A stretch of 64,000 bases of DNA from Eledone cirrhosa (lineage: Eukaryota), in assembly GCA_964016885.1 (NCBI GenBank), contig OZ024743.1:199206001-199270000 (forward strand), read 5' to 3'. The notes under the pieces were generated by a model. The model saw only the letters and a list, made by a program, of their open reading frames with translations. It was not told where the DNA came from and did not search any database. The position numbers and the translations under genes were made by a program. Each line of letters begins with the position of its first letter. The first letter of the stretch is position 1. Positions 1-13,387 of this stretch are shown here, piece after piece.

Positions 1-59
1 TTATAACTTAAAGATGAAAAGCACACATCTCGAAGCAACGAAAGGTTTCTTTCCTTGCT

Positions 60-405
60 TGGATAATTTTTCTTCTTCTTTTGTTGTTGTTGGGCTTCTT
101 CTTTCTTTCTTTCTTTTTCATCTCCTTTTCTTGTCATTCTTTTCTCTCATTTCTCTTTTCTTTTATTCCCCTTTTTCTTTATTTTTCTTACTATCATTCT
201 TTCTGATTCCAATGCTTTCCTGCTTTCTTTTCTTTCTTCTTTCATTCTTTCTAAATTCATTTATTTATTTTATTATTTCCAATTTCATTACTTTCTTTCT
301 GTCTGTCTTTTTTATTACCTTTCTTTCTTGGTTTTCTTTTCATTTATTTATTTACATCTTTTATGTATTTTATCATTATTGTTGTTGTTGTTGTTGTTGT
401 TTTTT
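60..405. repeat. Pyrimidine-rich low-complexity tract ending in (TTG)n
   Basis: T/C-rich sequence followed by ttgttgttg repeats; the overlapping ORF is F/L/S-biased. Confidence 0.8.
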
Positions 406-779
406 AAACTACGTCTCCAGCATCAGTTCCTGCAACCTTTTGCTTGGCTCTCTGCCAAAGGTTAGGCAAAATTAATATAATCTTTTGTGCATTCTACAAA
501 TTTCCTGCAATTATCTGCAATTTATCAGACACCATTAGCCAGTTCTTTGCTTAATGCCTTTTACTTACGAAGAGTGATGAACAGTTTGTGCTTATGAAAA
601 TCAAAACTGCTAACATGCCACAAACAATAGCTTTTAGGCAGTCAAAAGAGATATGCTATTAACATGTTGCAGGCCACGCCCACAGCATTAACCACATACC
701 ACTGATTTACCTATTAACAACATCACTGCTTCCAGCCACTAACATCACTCCGCTCCGCCAAAAATCTATTTCTTAGATA

Positions 780-1180
780 ATGCTAACACCCACCAAACCC
801 TGCAACCAACCAGCCACCATCACCACCACCATCATCATATTCCTTACTGCTTTTTATGCTCATATCCTCTTTATCAACACTATCACTGCCAATATCAACA
901 TCATCATCAATAGCCAGCTTGATCACCCCCAACTCCAGCCTCTAGTAGCTACAGTTTATCACCACCACCACCACCGCTGTCACTGCCGCTGCCATCACCA
1001 TCACTGCCATCACCACCACTACCACCACCACCACCACCATCACCATAACCACCATCACCAGCACAACCACTACTGCCACCACTATGCCCCCGACAACAAC
1101 CACTGCCACCACAATTACCCTCACCATCATTCTATATCTACTGTCGGGCATCACCATCCCAGTTACCAATCACTAACCAC
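780..1180. repeat. Degenerate (CAC/CAT)n trinucleotide microsatellite
   Basis: Runs of accaccacc and catcac; the poly-His and poly-Val ORFs derive from it. Confidence 0.85.
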
Positions 1181-2344
1181 TACCTTAATATTCCCACTGT
1201 CACTGCTTCACCCCATCACTCACTCTTTTCTTTTTCTCTTTTCTTCCTTTACCCCCTTACCCCAACTCGCTAGTCAGTACACTATTCAACTATTGTGCTA
1301 TATTGATTCTGTCATTCACCAACACATTATACCGTCACTGCAACTCTCTTCTCTGGACGGGAGCAGCAATTTCAAATATTACCTTTGCTTTTGCGTTTCA
1401 TGCAAATACTTTAGAAAACTGTAAATGAACATAAATTTCCTGTAAGGGCAAATAACTATAGATATATTGAATGTAATATGCAAGTGGTTGTAGACGTTGG
1501 ATTTTAATGTTATGGCCTATTGTGTTTGGCTAAAAGGGAAACGAACTCAAAGCTACTTGTCAGTATTTATGTGTGTTCGGTGGATAGCAAGGAATATTAA
1601 GGGTTTGTTCTTAAGCACTTTAACTGAGCATTGAAGTCACTTTCCTGTTCAACCAGATGCTCTATTTAATTAGAGAACTGTATTGAAAAGACTTGCTTTA
1701 GATGTTCTCTCAGGAACATTATATTAGTCTGCTTAAACTCTCCATGCTTATACCCATCTTTGTTTCTTTTGCTCTTTCACTTTATCTAATTCTATCTCTA
1801 TCACACACACACACATACACCTAAGTATAGAAGAACACACATATATACATAAGTACGTCTCCGTCTCTTCGAAGCAACCATTCAAAAACATTTGATGTCG
1901 TTATTAATAAGCAAAACTATTACGGAGCTTGATTCAATATGCTCCAATCTTTTACGCCAGGTTTTTACAAATGGACCGACCTAGAAGTGATTGGTCAGAT
2001 TTGTCTTAAGACCCGATGATATCGACGTTAAATGTAAATCAATAACTCCTTCACTGACTCGATACACATGAAGAAATAAAAAGATTCCAGAAAATAATAA
2101 ATAACACTTCACACATCTTCTACTGAAATGTTGATCTAGACTTCATTTCAAATACATTGATCAACCTATCAATTGGTTCTGCTTTATTATATATAGTTTT
2201 ACCTCAGCAAAGATTAAAATTGAAGTAACCTAAAGTGGTTAGATATTCTATTAACATCTCACATATTGCTCACCGATTTCGATTTCTTTCACAAAACTTT
2301 TCCATCCTGAAGGTTATTTTTATTTCGACTTCATAGTCATTGTG

Positions 2345-2570
2345 AAGGTACATGGTTTAGTGGTTATGGTGTTGGACTTATGATCATAATGGGCTCAATT
2401 CCTGATCCAGGTTGTGTATTGTGTTCTTGAGCAAAACGCTTCATTTTTTTTTGCTCCAGCACACACAGCTGAAAATGAGTACCAGCAGAATCTAGATGAT
2501 ACTTATGCAATGGACTAAGGTCCTGTTCAGTAGAGAGAGAATCATGTAATCACTCACCTGATGAATCTGG
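2345..2570 (+). mobile_element. Degenerate tRNA-derived SINE, family 2 (CORE-like central domain)
   Basis: A-box-like tggtttagtgg, then ttgtgttcttgagcaaaacgcttcattt...gctccag...cagctgaaaatgagtacc; matches copies at 36740, 45110, 61985 and 63720. Confidence 0.7.
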
Positions 2571-2825
2571 GATATACACTAGACACATGGGCCTTAGGCC
2601 GAGGAAAAGAAATTCATATTTTTTAGATGCTCCATTGAAAGAGTCATTAGAATGTTGGACAAAACATGTTCTGATATTTTTTTCCAATACAAGGCACTTT
2701 GATAAAAACAAAGTAGCAGCCCATGCTGGTGCATTCAGCTCTTCCTGTCATTGTCACATTCTGGAGGTTCTGTTGGGTCAAAGGTGAAAGAAGTAAGAGG
2801 ATGTCTGTGTTTGCTTTTGACTACA

Positions 2826-4232
2826 ATAATTGGCACAAGGCCAGCAAATACCCCAGTGCATTACTGGTGCTTTATTTTATCGACCTCGTAAAGATGGAAG
2901 GAAAAGTGAACCTCAGCAGGATTTGAACTCAGAACATAAAGGGTCATAACTCTATGCTGCAAAGCATGGTGTCCAACCCTCTAATGATACTGCCAAACCA
3001 TCAAATACACTAATAATGGTTTCTACTTTGTGGCACAAGGCCAGCAATTATCCTAGTACATTACTGGTACTTTATTTTATCGACCCTGTAAGGATGAAAG
3101 GCAAAGTTAACCTCGACTACACTATTAATATATGATCACCACCACTAATATTGCCCTCATCATCAACATCGCCACCACCAGTGTTGCAATTATCATTATC
3201 AGCATCCTCATCATAATCATCATCATCATCGTCAACACTATTGTTATAATGCTGATAATCCCCTTCATCATCACCACCAAGCAATATTATCATTAACATC
3301 AACATCGTCAACAACATCATTATAATGATAATAATCATAATTGTTTCTACTTTAGGCACAAGGCCAGCAATTACCCAGTACATTACTGGTACTTTATTTT
3401 ATCGACCCTGTAAGGATGAAAGGCAAAGTTAACCTCGGCGGGATTTGAACTCAGATCATAAAGGGACGTAACTCTATGCTGAAAAGCATGGTGTCCGACT
3501 CTCTACCGATACTGCCAATCCACCGCCAATGATAATAATCATAATGATAATAATCATCACTTACATACATTATCACCATTGTTGTTATACTCATTGCTTT
3601 CATCATCATTATTACACGGCAGTATCGGTAGAGGGTCGGACGCCATGCTTTGATGCATAGAGTTATGGCTCTTTCCATTCTGAGTTCAAATCCTGCCGAG
3701 GTTAACTTTGCCTTTCATTGTTATGGAGTCGATAAAATAAAGTACCAGTAATGTACTGGGTAATTGCTGGCCTTGTGCCTAAAATAGAAACAATTACTAC
3801 ACATTAAAGGGTGGTGGATTGGCAGTCTCGGCAGAGGGTTGAACGCCATGCTTTGCTACATAGTATTATGACCCTTTACATTCTGAGTTCAAATCTCGCC
3901 GAGGTTAACTTTGCCTTTCATCCTTATGGGGGTCGATAAAATAAAATACCAGTAATGCACTGAGATAGTTGCTGGCCTTGTGCCAAAAGTAGAAACAATT
4001 ATCGCACACTAAAAAGGGCGGTGGATTGGCAGTACCAATAGTGCGTCAGACAACCTGCTTTTCTGCATAGAGTTACGGCCCTTTTCATTCTGAGTTCAAA
4101 TCGCGAGGTTAACTTTGTCTTTCACCCTTACTGGGTTGATAAAATAAAGTACCAATAAAACAATGGGGTTAATTTAATTGACTTTCCCCTTTCCCTAAAT
4201 TGCTGGTCTTGTGCTTATCATAGAAGCCATTA
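2826..4232. mobile_element. Cluster of six family-1 tRNA-derived SINEs: three on - (about 2826-3001, 3012-3116, 3339-3527), three on + (about 3617-3795, 3808-4001, 4015-4232)
   Basis: Full copies carry A box tggcagtatcgg, B box gagttcaaatcc, central gcctttcatccttacggggtcgataaaataaagtaccag and 3' ttgctggccttgtgcc..agtagaaacaatt(att)n. Confidence 0.9.
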
Positions 4233-4424
4233 TTTTAATGATGGTGATAGTGTTGATGGTGATGATGAGAATGCAGCAATGGCTATGCTGGTAAATGCTG
4301 ATAATGTTCATATTTGTAATAATTATGATGCTGATTGTAATGATTATGATGATAATGATGATGGGAGTAGTTGTAGTGTGTTATTCATTTTTACTTACAC
4401 ACTCATCAGATATGTAATAGCTCA

Positions 4425-4585
4425 CAACACTACTACCACCACCACAACTACTACTACTACTATCACCACCACTACTACCACCACTATTACTACTACAATT
4501 ACCACCACCACTAAAATTGCTACTACTACCACCACCACCACCACCAACACAACCACTAATACTACTTCCACCACACTATTATCAA
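4425..4585. repeat. (ACT/ACC)n microsatellite
   Basis: Direct reading; source of the poly-Thr ORF. Confidence 0.9.
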
Positions 4586-5329
4586 CCAAATAAGTGACCT
4601 AATAGAGGATTTCTTGTCAGCTTATTTTACTCTTTTGAAACCTATATGGTACTTAATTTTTTAAAAAATTATTTTCATTGATTTTCAGTCGTTGTTGCTG
4701 TTGTTGGTGTTGATTGCTTCCTACTTACTCTGGTAAAGTGAACATAAGCTTGGTAAAGTGCAATAAATTATTTTGTTGTGAGGTATATTAAAAGTTTCAC
4801 ATTTCCAACAGGGTCCTTCATCTCTCTCCAGCAAAGATGTTCTACCCAAAATGTTAGACTTTCTCCTCTTTCTTATGGCAAAATAATTTATTCCACTTTG
4901 CAAACTTTTTCTACTTGCTATTTGCTAACCCAGACCATCACCTCTCTCTTGAGTTTCTACTATTTCACTTTAACCTGTTGTCTACCACGTATATTTTACA
5001 CAGCTATAGTTGCTGAGCCGGTTTTGTTTTCAGTAAAATGACTATCTTTTTAAAAAACAACATTTATTAACAACATATATCTGAATGATTGACAAACATC
5101 ACATCAATAAACTAGTAACCCCATCTATCATTGGAATTATGAACTGTTGGAAACGATTTCATAACTTTGAAGTTATGAACTGTTAGGAAAGATTTCAAAC
5201 ATGTTAGGACAAGTTATCTCGTCAACGACACTGATGAGGTTACAGAGAATATATAGTATCAAAATTACAAAAACAAAATTTCATACAAAAAATATAATAG
5301 CTTTTTTCTTTTATTCCTTTTGTTAAGAC

Positions 5330-6172
5330 TCAGATTCCATGCTCGATATGTAGAAAAGGAGTTGGCATAAACTCTATAGAATGAACACAATGCAGATCTT
5401 GGGTACACAAGAGGTGTAGTGGGATAGCAGGCAAACTAAGAGGAAAGGAAAACTTTGTATGTAGTAGATGTTCAGGGAAAATTGATAGTAGAAGTGTCAG
5501 TGATAGGCACATTTTTCAAATGCACATAGGATTTCAAAGGTGGTTGATAGCTTCTGATATCTAGGTGATCAAATTAGCAAGGGAGAAGGATGCGCTGAAG
5601 CCATAATATCTAGAATAAAGACAGGATGAAAGAAGTTTAGGGAGCTGCTTCCTCTGATGACAATGAAGGGTTTCTCCCTGAGAACGAAAGATTGGTTGTA
5701 TGATGCCTGAGTGAGATGCCAGATGCTGCTTGGTAGTGTGACATGGGCAGCAACGGTGGAGGATATGTGAAGGCTGGAGAGAAATGAAGCCAGCAGGCTC
5801 CAATGGATGTGCAATGTCAATGTGTGTGAACGACCAAGCATGGATGAGTTCAGAGAGAAACTGTGCATAAGAGGAATAAACTGTAGTGTGCAGGAGAGAA
5901 AACTATGTTGGTATGGCCATGTGATGTGAATGGATGATGACAGCTGGGTGAAGAAGTCCTAGGTAATCCCAGTGGAATGAGGACGCAGTAGAGGAAGATC
6001 ATGGAAAACATGGGTGCAGGTGGTGAGAGCTGACCTCAGATCACTGAAGCTCACAGAGAAGATGATGAAGGACATGACAAATGGAGAGATGCTGTGCTGA
6101 AGAGAACCCATCCCACCCTTGCAAGCAGGGAAAAGCAGATGAAAAATGATGATTATGATGATGATGATGTTC
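5330..6172 (+). mobile_element. Decayed 5'-truncated RTE-clade LINE (C-terminal region and 3' end)
   Basis: Broken frames match the RTE at 37958-39035 ([33 protein letters not shown]); 3' end cccacccttgcaagcaggg followed by (ATG)n. Confidence 0.85.
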
Positions 6173-7138
6173 ATTTGTTATTTATTCAATAGAATTAACT
6201 CTTTCATTACCGTATTTCTAATGAAATACATTATGTATCCTGGCATTTCTGCACCTAGCATTCATCATGCATATGCATTACATGTCCATACCAATTCAGT
6301 CTTCTCTCATGCACACTACATATGATTCCTCTTAAACAGAGCTTTTCTCTCAGTTCATCCATGCCTTTTTATTCATGCACACCAACATTATACATCCAAT
6401 GAGGCATGTTCACTTTATTTCTCTCTAGCCTCTGTGTATCCTCTGCATTTACCAGTGAAAAAATAACAAGAAAAAATGATGCTTTAAGGGAGTGTCTTGA
6501 AATACACTAAGTTATAAACACTCCCTTATCATCCTTCCCATCAGAAATGCAATGAACCCAGGATTGATCCATTTAACAACTTTAACTAATGGTATTATTG
6601 TTCTCAACTTGAAACTTAAAATAAATGTATAAATAAGTAGACTTTGTCTGTTGATATTCAACAACAACTCTTTCATAGTTAAGTCACTGATATATTATGA
6701 ACAAAACATTTGCAAAAGTGTTTCTCAAAGCAACTACGCTATATGAAAATACCAGCTGTGATCATCCCTTATTTTTTAAATATAGAACCACTAGGAGTTC
6801 TTTGGAGCAGTTTATGTTTCTGTAGCACCACTGCAATCCTGACCAAAAATTACTGGCTGGAACGAGTAAAAGAGTAATATGTATGTACTTGGTGTTTCCA
6901 CTCAAAAGCACACTGATGCATTCACACACACACATACCATAAACATACATACAGAGATTGACACAGATACACATATATAAACATAGATACAGAGACATGC
7001 TTATAGACATTCAAATGTGCTTGCATACATGTGGATGGTTGTATATGCATGTATATATCTGTATATATTCATGTATTTATGAATATGGTATAATGGGATT
7101 TTAAGCTATTAATAAGTCAAGTGTGCAACCTAGTTTCT

Positions 7139-7201
7139 TATCTGTTTAAGACATTTCACCTGACTTAAACCTGATACCTTGGAGTCTGGTTGTCATCAGT
7201 A
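7139..7201 (-). ncRNA. Degenerate hammerhead ribozyme-like motif
   Basis: Minus strand: ta-CTGATGA-ca accagact...agtcaggt-GAAA-tgt cttaa aca-ga-ta. Stems II and III pair, but U16.1 is lost and stem I is only 2 bp. Confidence 0.35.
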
Positions 7202-7332
7202 CCATGCAGAAGGATCAGCTCTGTGTATCTTTTGACATTTAACACAAAGACAAAGTACTCAGTAATAGGAAAATTATATTTCTGACCCTGTAACTATTAT
7301 AGTACATAGTTTCTACACAACACACTGTTAAA

Positions 7333-7523
7333 TAATTGTTTCTACTTTTGGCACAAGACCAGCAATTATCCCAGTGCATTACTAGTACTTTATTTTATCG
7401 ACCCCGAAAGGATGAAAGGCAAAGTTAACCTCGGCGGGATTTGAACTCAGAATGGCAAGGGCCGTAACTCTATCCGTCAAAGCATGGTGTCCGACCCTCT
7501 ACCGATACTGCCAATCCACCACC
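7333..7523 (-). mobile_element. Family-1 tRNA-derived SINE
   Basis: Full-length reverse-complement match to the family consensus. Confidence 0.9.
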
Positions 7524-7589
7524 ATTAAATAATATTACCAAAACATTCATAAAACCCATCCTCAATTTCTATAATACAATAAACATAAA

Positions 7590-7765
7590 GTGAATGAACA
7601 AGCACACCAACTTAAAACTGATGACTACAGGGAGCACTACACCATGCAGAAACATTATATCACCCTCAATGATCACAAAACTAACCTTCTTAACCCACCT
7701 AAATGCAGATTAAACAATGAAAGTGAATCGAGAATAGTCACCAAATGTTTCCTTAAATTACCCAG
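7590..7765 (+). mobile_element. Decayed Penelope-like (Neptune-type) ORF fragment from the start of the RT region
   Basis: AHQLKTDD...YITLNDHKTNLLNPPKCRLNN resembles the recalled motif FITLKDHKxNFxNxPKCRLINP. Confidence 0.6.
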
Positions 7766-7944
7766 CAATATTTATTCCAGCAAAGCTACTCAGATATATC
7801 CCAGTTACGCTAACCATTGTAAATTCTGTCTGTGATTGACTCATTGGAAATTTATAACCATCTACACCAAAAGTTCTCAACTCGTGGCATATGCCCCCCC
7901 CCCCCATATATATACATACACACAAGTTTGTGTGTGTGTGTATG

Positions 7945-7981
<37 letters not shown>

Positions 7982-8446
7982 GCGTCTATGTGTGTATGTG
8001 TCTGTGTATCTATCTATGTATATATATATAAGGGATACAAATACTACTTTCTCACTGTCTCCAAGCTTCTCAATTCATTTGTTGCTAAGTATTTTATTTT
8101 GCTACGAGGTATTTTATTTTGCAAGGTACTATTTTTCCCCTGAGTTTGTGATTTCAGAGAAAGGTAAGAAATTCTTCATATTTTACATCTTTGTATTTTG
8201 ACACTACAGTTTGAATTGTAGAATTGTTTATCCAATCAAAATATTACAACAGCTAACAGTGAAATATAGAATTTAAAAAAAAAGCTCTTTCGACTGAAAT
8301 CAAGTCTTTGAGAACATTCACGTCTATTTTTCAAAAATATATAATTTGAAATAGTTTACTTTTGTTTTGGACTGAAAACTTTTTGTATTTAATTCGTACG
8401 GTTATTTTTTAAAGATCTTTTAAAGATCATTCTAACAAAACTTGAT

Positions 8447-9210
8447 TTGTCCCATTACGTGCACTGCGAAATTCATATTTCTCAACTTATTATAGCTAAG
8501 TCCGTACAACAAGCTTCACTTATCAAAAATGTTCTAGATTACGTGAATGAATTGCGGAAATTATATAGTACATCAGGGAAATTTAAGCACGCGTATTTAT
8601 CACAACATGATGAAGAAAATGAAGTATCGTCACCACGCTCCTTAAACCTGTGTGCCCTACTCGATGGCTAACACGACTTTCTGAAGTCAAAGCCCTTATT
8701 GACAATTATTCAGATGTCCCTATTTCTTTACAAGAGGCAACAAATGAGTTTGGCACCAACATTGCATCCAGAGCTAATGTTATTTTTACGTGTCACTCTC
8801 CGGGCCAATGTGTTCTTGGATTGAACGTTGTAGTTCCGTTACTTCAATTCCTTGAAGGATTGAACAAATCTTTACAAAGTACCACCTTCAATCTAGGTAG
8901 CATGTTGCATAGTGTCAAACTGGTGCAGGAGGAGCTAAAAATTCTACGCAGTGAAGAAAAGTTTCAGGAGCTGTTCAATACAGCAGAAAAAAATGATTTA
9001 TCAACTCGATATTTCTCCTTTGGAGCTACCCAGACAACGAAAAGTCCCTAAAAAATACCAGGAAGGAAATGCGCTGAAATATCAACACTGCACTGCTTTG
9101 GATCATTACAGAGTGCAGTATTTGCAGGTAGTGGATACTGCAATATCAAATTTGAAAGATTATTTTTTTCACAGGATTTAGCAGATTATGAAAAACTGAG
9201 CAATGTTTTC
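8447..9210 (+). pseudogene. Frameshifted hAT transposase fragment (ZMYM1/Tip-like group)
   Basis: HYVHC, LCPTRW, LEGLNKSLQS, LRSEEKF and ELPRQRK motifs spread over three frames. Confidence 0.8.
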
Positions 9211-11429
9211 CACCAAAACGAAATGCACTAGGAGCTTCTCTTCACTCTGAATCTAGCCGCAGATACTAAAGGTGCCACCATCTTTGAATCTGTCAAGGGA
9301 TACCTCGAAGAAAAAGAATACCTCTTAACAATATTGTATCATGTGCTACGGACGGCGCAAGGGCAATGGTCGGCCAACATAAGGGTTTCGTCTCTCTTCT
9401 GAAGAGGGAAAATCCATCTGTATTTGCTGTTCATTGTCATTCATCGACAACACTTGTCTGCGAAGAAACTCAGCGAGCCGCTGAACAAGTCTTTGCAGGT
9501 AGCCATTGATGTCGTCAATTATATCAAACGCCATGCCCTCAATGAACGAATTTTCCGGCAACTGTGCGAAGATAATGACGAAGAATTCGTCGAGTTGCTT
9601 CTTCATACTGAAGTGAGGTGGCTTTCAAAGGGCAAGTGCCTTACTCGCTTCTTTGAACTGTTCGACTCTATCATTGAGTTTCTTCGAGGACGCAACACAG
9701 AGCTATATAAAAAAAACCTCGATGTGAGGCAAGACTGTGCCTACCTCGCCGACATCTTCGACAAATGCAATAGCCTCATTATGGCTTTGCAGGGGAAGAG
9801 GATCATCTTGTTTAAAGCAAGGAATGCTGTGAAAATATTCCTGGCTAAATTGAAAGTCATCGAAAGGAATTTTTGTCGACGGGAATTTTATAATTTTCCT
9901 AGTGTCGCCAATGTTCAAAACATTGTGAGCGATGACCTACTCCAAATTTATACCGCGCACCTCCATGCACTAGAAGACAACATGAGAGAATGGTTTGTCG
10001 ACCTTTTGCAGATGGACATCCCAATGTGGATAGCAGATCCCTTCATAGCTAACGTCGACGATTTGGACGTTACATTTCAGGAAGAATTAATTGAACTTCA
10101 GACAGATGACATTATCAAAATTAAATTTTACAAAATAGGTGAACCCCTTTTCTGGATGCAAGAGGAAATTCAGCGTCGATTCCCCCTCCTACATGCAGAG
10201 GCTAAGAGATTTGCTTTGCCTTTTCCTAGCTCATACTTAGTCGAGAGGGGGTTTGGCGCTGTTTCCAGACTGCATAGTAAGGCTCGCAACCGCTACAATG
10301 TGATTGCACGTGGAGATCTCCGACTACATCTTACGAAAATCCAGTCTGACGTCAAAGAATTAGCTAAACTCGATGAAGCTCAAGGGTCCCATTGAAACGA
10401 GGTCAAAGTAAGTCGATTTTTTATTTGTAGTTGCAGTCTGACTGGACTGGAAACCATCTACCACAATTCACTTACTCATTTGTTGTATATATTTTACCAT
10501 GGCCATCTCACAAGAGATAATAGATAATTCTAAAAAGGTGAATGAAAAAGAGACAGAGGGAAGAAACCAAAACTGCTAGATTATTATTTATACTTCATTT
10601 ATGAACCTCTAAAAAGATGAAAGGTAAATTTCCCCAAAAGGGCTGAAACAATTACTGTGAAGCATTCTATTCAATGACAGTTAATTAAGAAACAAAGATA
10701 AACCATTTTTTATGTATTTACCTCAATTCTCTTAGTTTTTTGGGAAAAAATAGTTCTGGAATTTTCTCTGAGAATTTTCAGCAGGGCTCATCAGCCATTG
10801 ATTTCCTTTATTATTTTATTGGTTTCATTGATTAGGAAGAGCATCCAGCCATAGAAACCTTGCCAATATATTGAAACATATGAAACAATTCACTTACTCA
10901 TTTGTTGTATATATTTTACCGTTTACTAATGAATATACCCTCTTACGTGGTCATGAAAACCCTCTTCCGTGTTCTCTAAGCTCACAAAGTGGAGGGGGAC
11001 ATCAAGTTAGATATCAACATTTATTCTGTCCGTTTCATTAAAGGAAAAATTGGAAAGCTTTGAAATAATACAATTGCCACTTTCTTCCAGATAAGAGCAT
11101 TCTTTGGATAGACAGAGTTGCTCTTGTATAAATGTTCAAAATAGCTGGTATCGTCTGGTGGGAATATAACAAATTCAACTGGTCCTTATTCATAAAAAAG
11201 AACATTTATGTTCCTTTTTTTTTAAATTTATATACTTCCTTTCAAGGAATATATTTATACTTTCAACTGCCTGCAATGGTATCTTTGGAATATCGTTAAT
11301 CAATTTTTTAGTAATCTACTGATATCAAAATCAGTAGTATATTGAAGAATGGAAAAATATGGTAGGGGGGCGTTTTGTGATTTCGAGGGTAAAAGGGGGC
11401 GTTTGGCCGAAATGGGTTGAGAACCTTTG
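9210..11429 (+). mobile_element. 3' half of a Buster/Charlie-type hAT DNA transposon (transposase C-terminus 9230-10395, right TIR at about 11415-11429)
   Basis: ELLF..L...TKG.TIF, IHRQHL, LLLHTEVRWLSKG, PFPSSYLVERGF and RGDLRL motifs; terminal ggttgagaacctttg followed by atctacac (nnnTAnnn, Buster-type target). Confidence 0.88.
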
Positions 11430-11909
11430 ATCTACACTATTGTGCCTACAATGAGATCATCATCATCATCATCTAACCTCTAACTCTTGGAGTGTGTGTG
11501 GTTCTTTTGAGTTCTCTGAAGATTCAGTTATATCAGTAGGGTCACCTCTTCTTTCAAGTATCATAGATATTGTGAATGGTCTACCATGGCCATCTCACAA
11601 GAGATAGATAATTCTAAAAAGGTGAAGGAAAAAGAGACAGAGGGAAGAAACCAAAACTGCTAGATTATTATTTATACTTCATTTATGAACCTCTAAAAAG
11701 ATGAAAGGTAAATTTCCCCAAAAGGGCTGAAACAATTACTGTGAAGCATTCTATCCAATGACAGTTAATTATGAAACAAAAATAAACCATTTTTTATGTA
11801 TTTACCTCAATTCTCTTAGTTTTTTGGGAAAAAATATTTCTGGAATTTTCTCTGAGAATTTTCAGCAGGGCTCATCAGCCATTGATTTCCTTTATTATTT
11901 TATTGGTTT

Positions 11910-12095
11910 AAGGGCGTGGATTGGCAGTATCAGTAGAGGGTCGGACGCCATGCTTTCCAGCATAGTTACGTCCCTTTACGATCTGAGTTCAAATCCCGCC
12001 GAGGTTGACTTTGCCTTTCATCCTTACGGGGTCGATAAAACAAAGTACCAGTAATGCACTGGGTAATTGCTGGCCTTGTGCCTAAAGTAGAAACA
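11910..12095 (+). mobile_element. Young family-1 SINE with 16-bp TSD
   Basis: attattttattggttt at 11894-11909 and 12096-12111; an empty-site copy of the locus exists at 10495-10883. Confidence 0.93.
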
Positions 12096-12642
12096 ATTAT
12101 TTTATTGGTTTCATTGATTAGGAAAATCATCCTGCCACAGGAACCTTGCCAATATATTGAAACATATGAGCAAGATGTGTCTATCTGACCTGTCTTATAT
12201 CTGACCATGGTGATCTGTCCAGCACATGCTAGCATAGAAAGCAGGCATAAAATGATGATGATGACGATGTTGATGATGATAATGGCGACAATGATGGGGA
12301 TAACTTTGGGTCATAATTATGTAAAGTAAGTGCGGTAGTGCTTGTGGTATATGTTATAGTGTTATATCTCTGATGACGTTGATCTGCACAGCCCACGTTA
12401 GCATAGAAAGCAAACATAAAATGATGAGGATAATCATGATCATGGTAATGATGAGGATGATAATGGTGACAATGATGGTGATAACTTCGGGATATGATTA
12501 TGTAAAATAAGTGCTGTGGTGCTTGTGGTATGTAAGGTATTGTCTGCTGATTGTCTACAATACGATGTGCAGGTAGTATACGGTATGAGTTATAGTATCA
12601 GGTAGTATTAATATTACAAAAATTATTAGTATTATTATTATC

Positions 12643-13135
12643 AGGATGGTGGTTTGGCTACAATTTTAGAGTGTTGGACATACTAATTTGCAGTATTTAG
12701 TTACGGCCCTTTACAATCTGTGTTCAAATACCATGAAGGTTAAGTTTATTTTTCCTTCTTGAGGGGTCAATTAAATAAAGAAGCAGTAAAGAATTGAGGT
12801 CAATTTAATCAACTTTCCCCTCCCTCAAAATTGCTGGCCTTGTGCCTATATTAGGAACAATAATTATTATCATCATCATCATCATCATCATAATATTATT
12901 TGGGTAATTGCTGGCCTTGTGCTAAATGTAGAAACAATTATTATTATAGGCGCTGGATTGGCAGGATAGGTAGAGGGTCGGACGCCATGCTTTCCAGCAT
13001 AGTTACGTCCCTTTACGATCTGAGTTCAAATCTCGCCGAGGTTGACTTTGCCTTTCATCCTTAAGGGGTCGATAAAATAAAGTACCAGTAATGCACTGGG
13101 TAATTGCTGGCCTTGTGCCCAAAGTAGAAACAATT
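12643..13135 (+). mobile_element. Family-1 SINEs: old copy about 12643-12860, tail fragment, young copy 12948-13135
   Basis: A box, B box, central domain and (ATT)n tails. Confidence 0.85.
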
Positions 13136-13387
13136 ATTATTATTGTTGCCATTATTATTATTATTATTATTGAATGCTATGGTTGACGGAGGCTCGGCTC
13201 TGTAAGGTATTGTAAATTTTGACCGCTATAACAATTGTAAATTGTTTAAAACTTTAACCAACTTGTAGACAAAAACACCCTCCTCCTCGTGAGAGGGGTC
13301 TTTCTGCCCGTTATTTAGCCCTTCGGGGTTAAATAACGGCTTATTGGGGTTTTGTGCCCAATATTTATTTTAAACAAAAAAAAAAAC

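Noticed and set aside
780-1424. 214-aa His-rich ORF
   Set aside because: It derives from a (CAC)n microsatellite and has no domain or splice support.
1860-2100. Possible degenerate Tc1/IS630-like transposase fragment on the minus strand
   Set aside because: Only a faint resemblance to LPPYHPDLNPIE, requiring frameshifts; not supportable by eye.
10757-10798. Minus-strand CTGATGA...GAAA motif (duplicated at about 11841-11882)
   Set aside because: Stem II is only 2 bp, stem I is 3 bp and stem III is mis-registered; it is not in a TA-flanked island, so probably chance.
12948-13035. tRNA gene candidates from A and B boxes
   Set aside because: The boxes belong to SINE heads that continue into SINE body; no complete cloverleaf.
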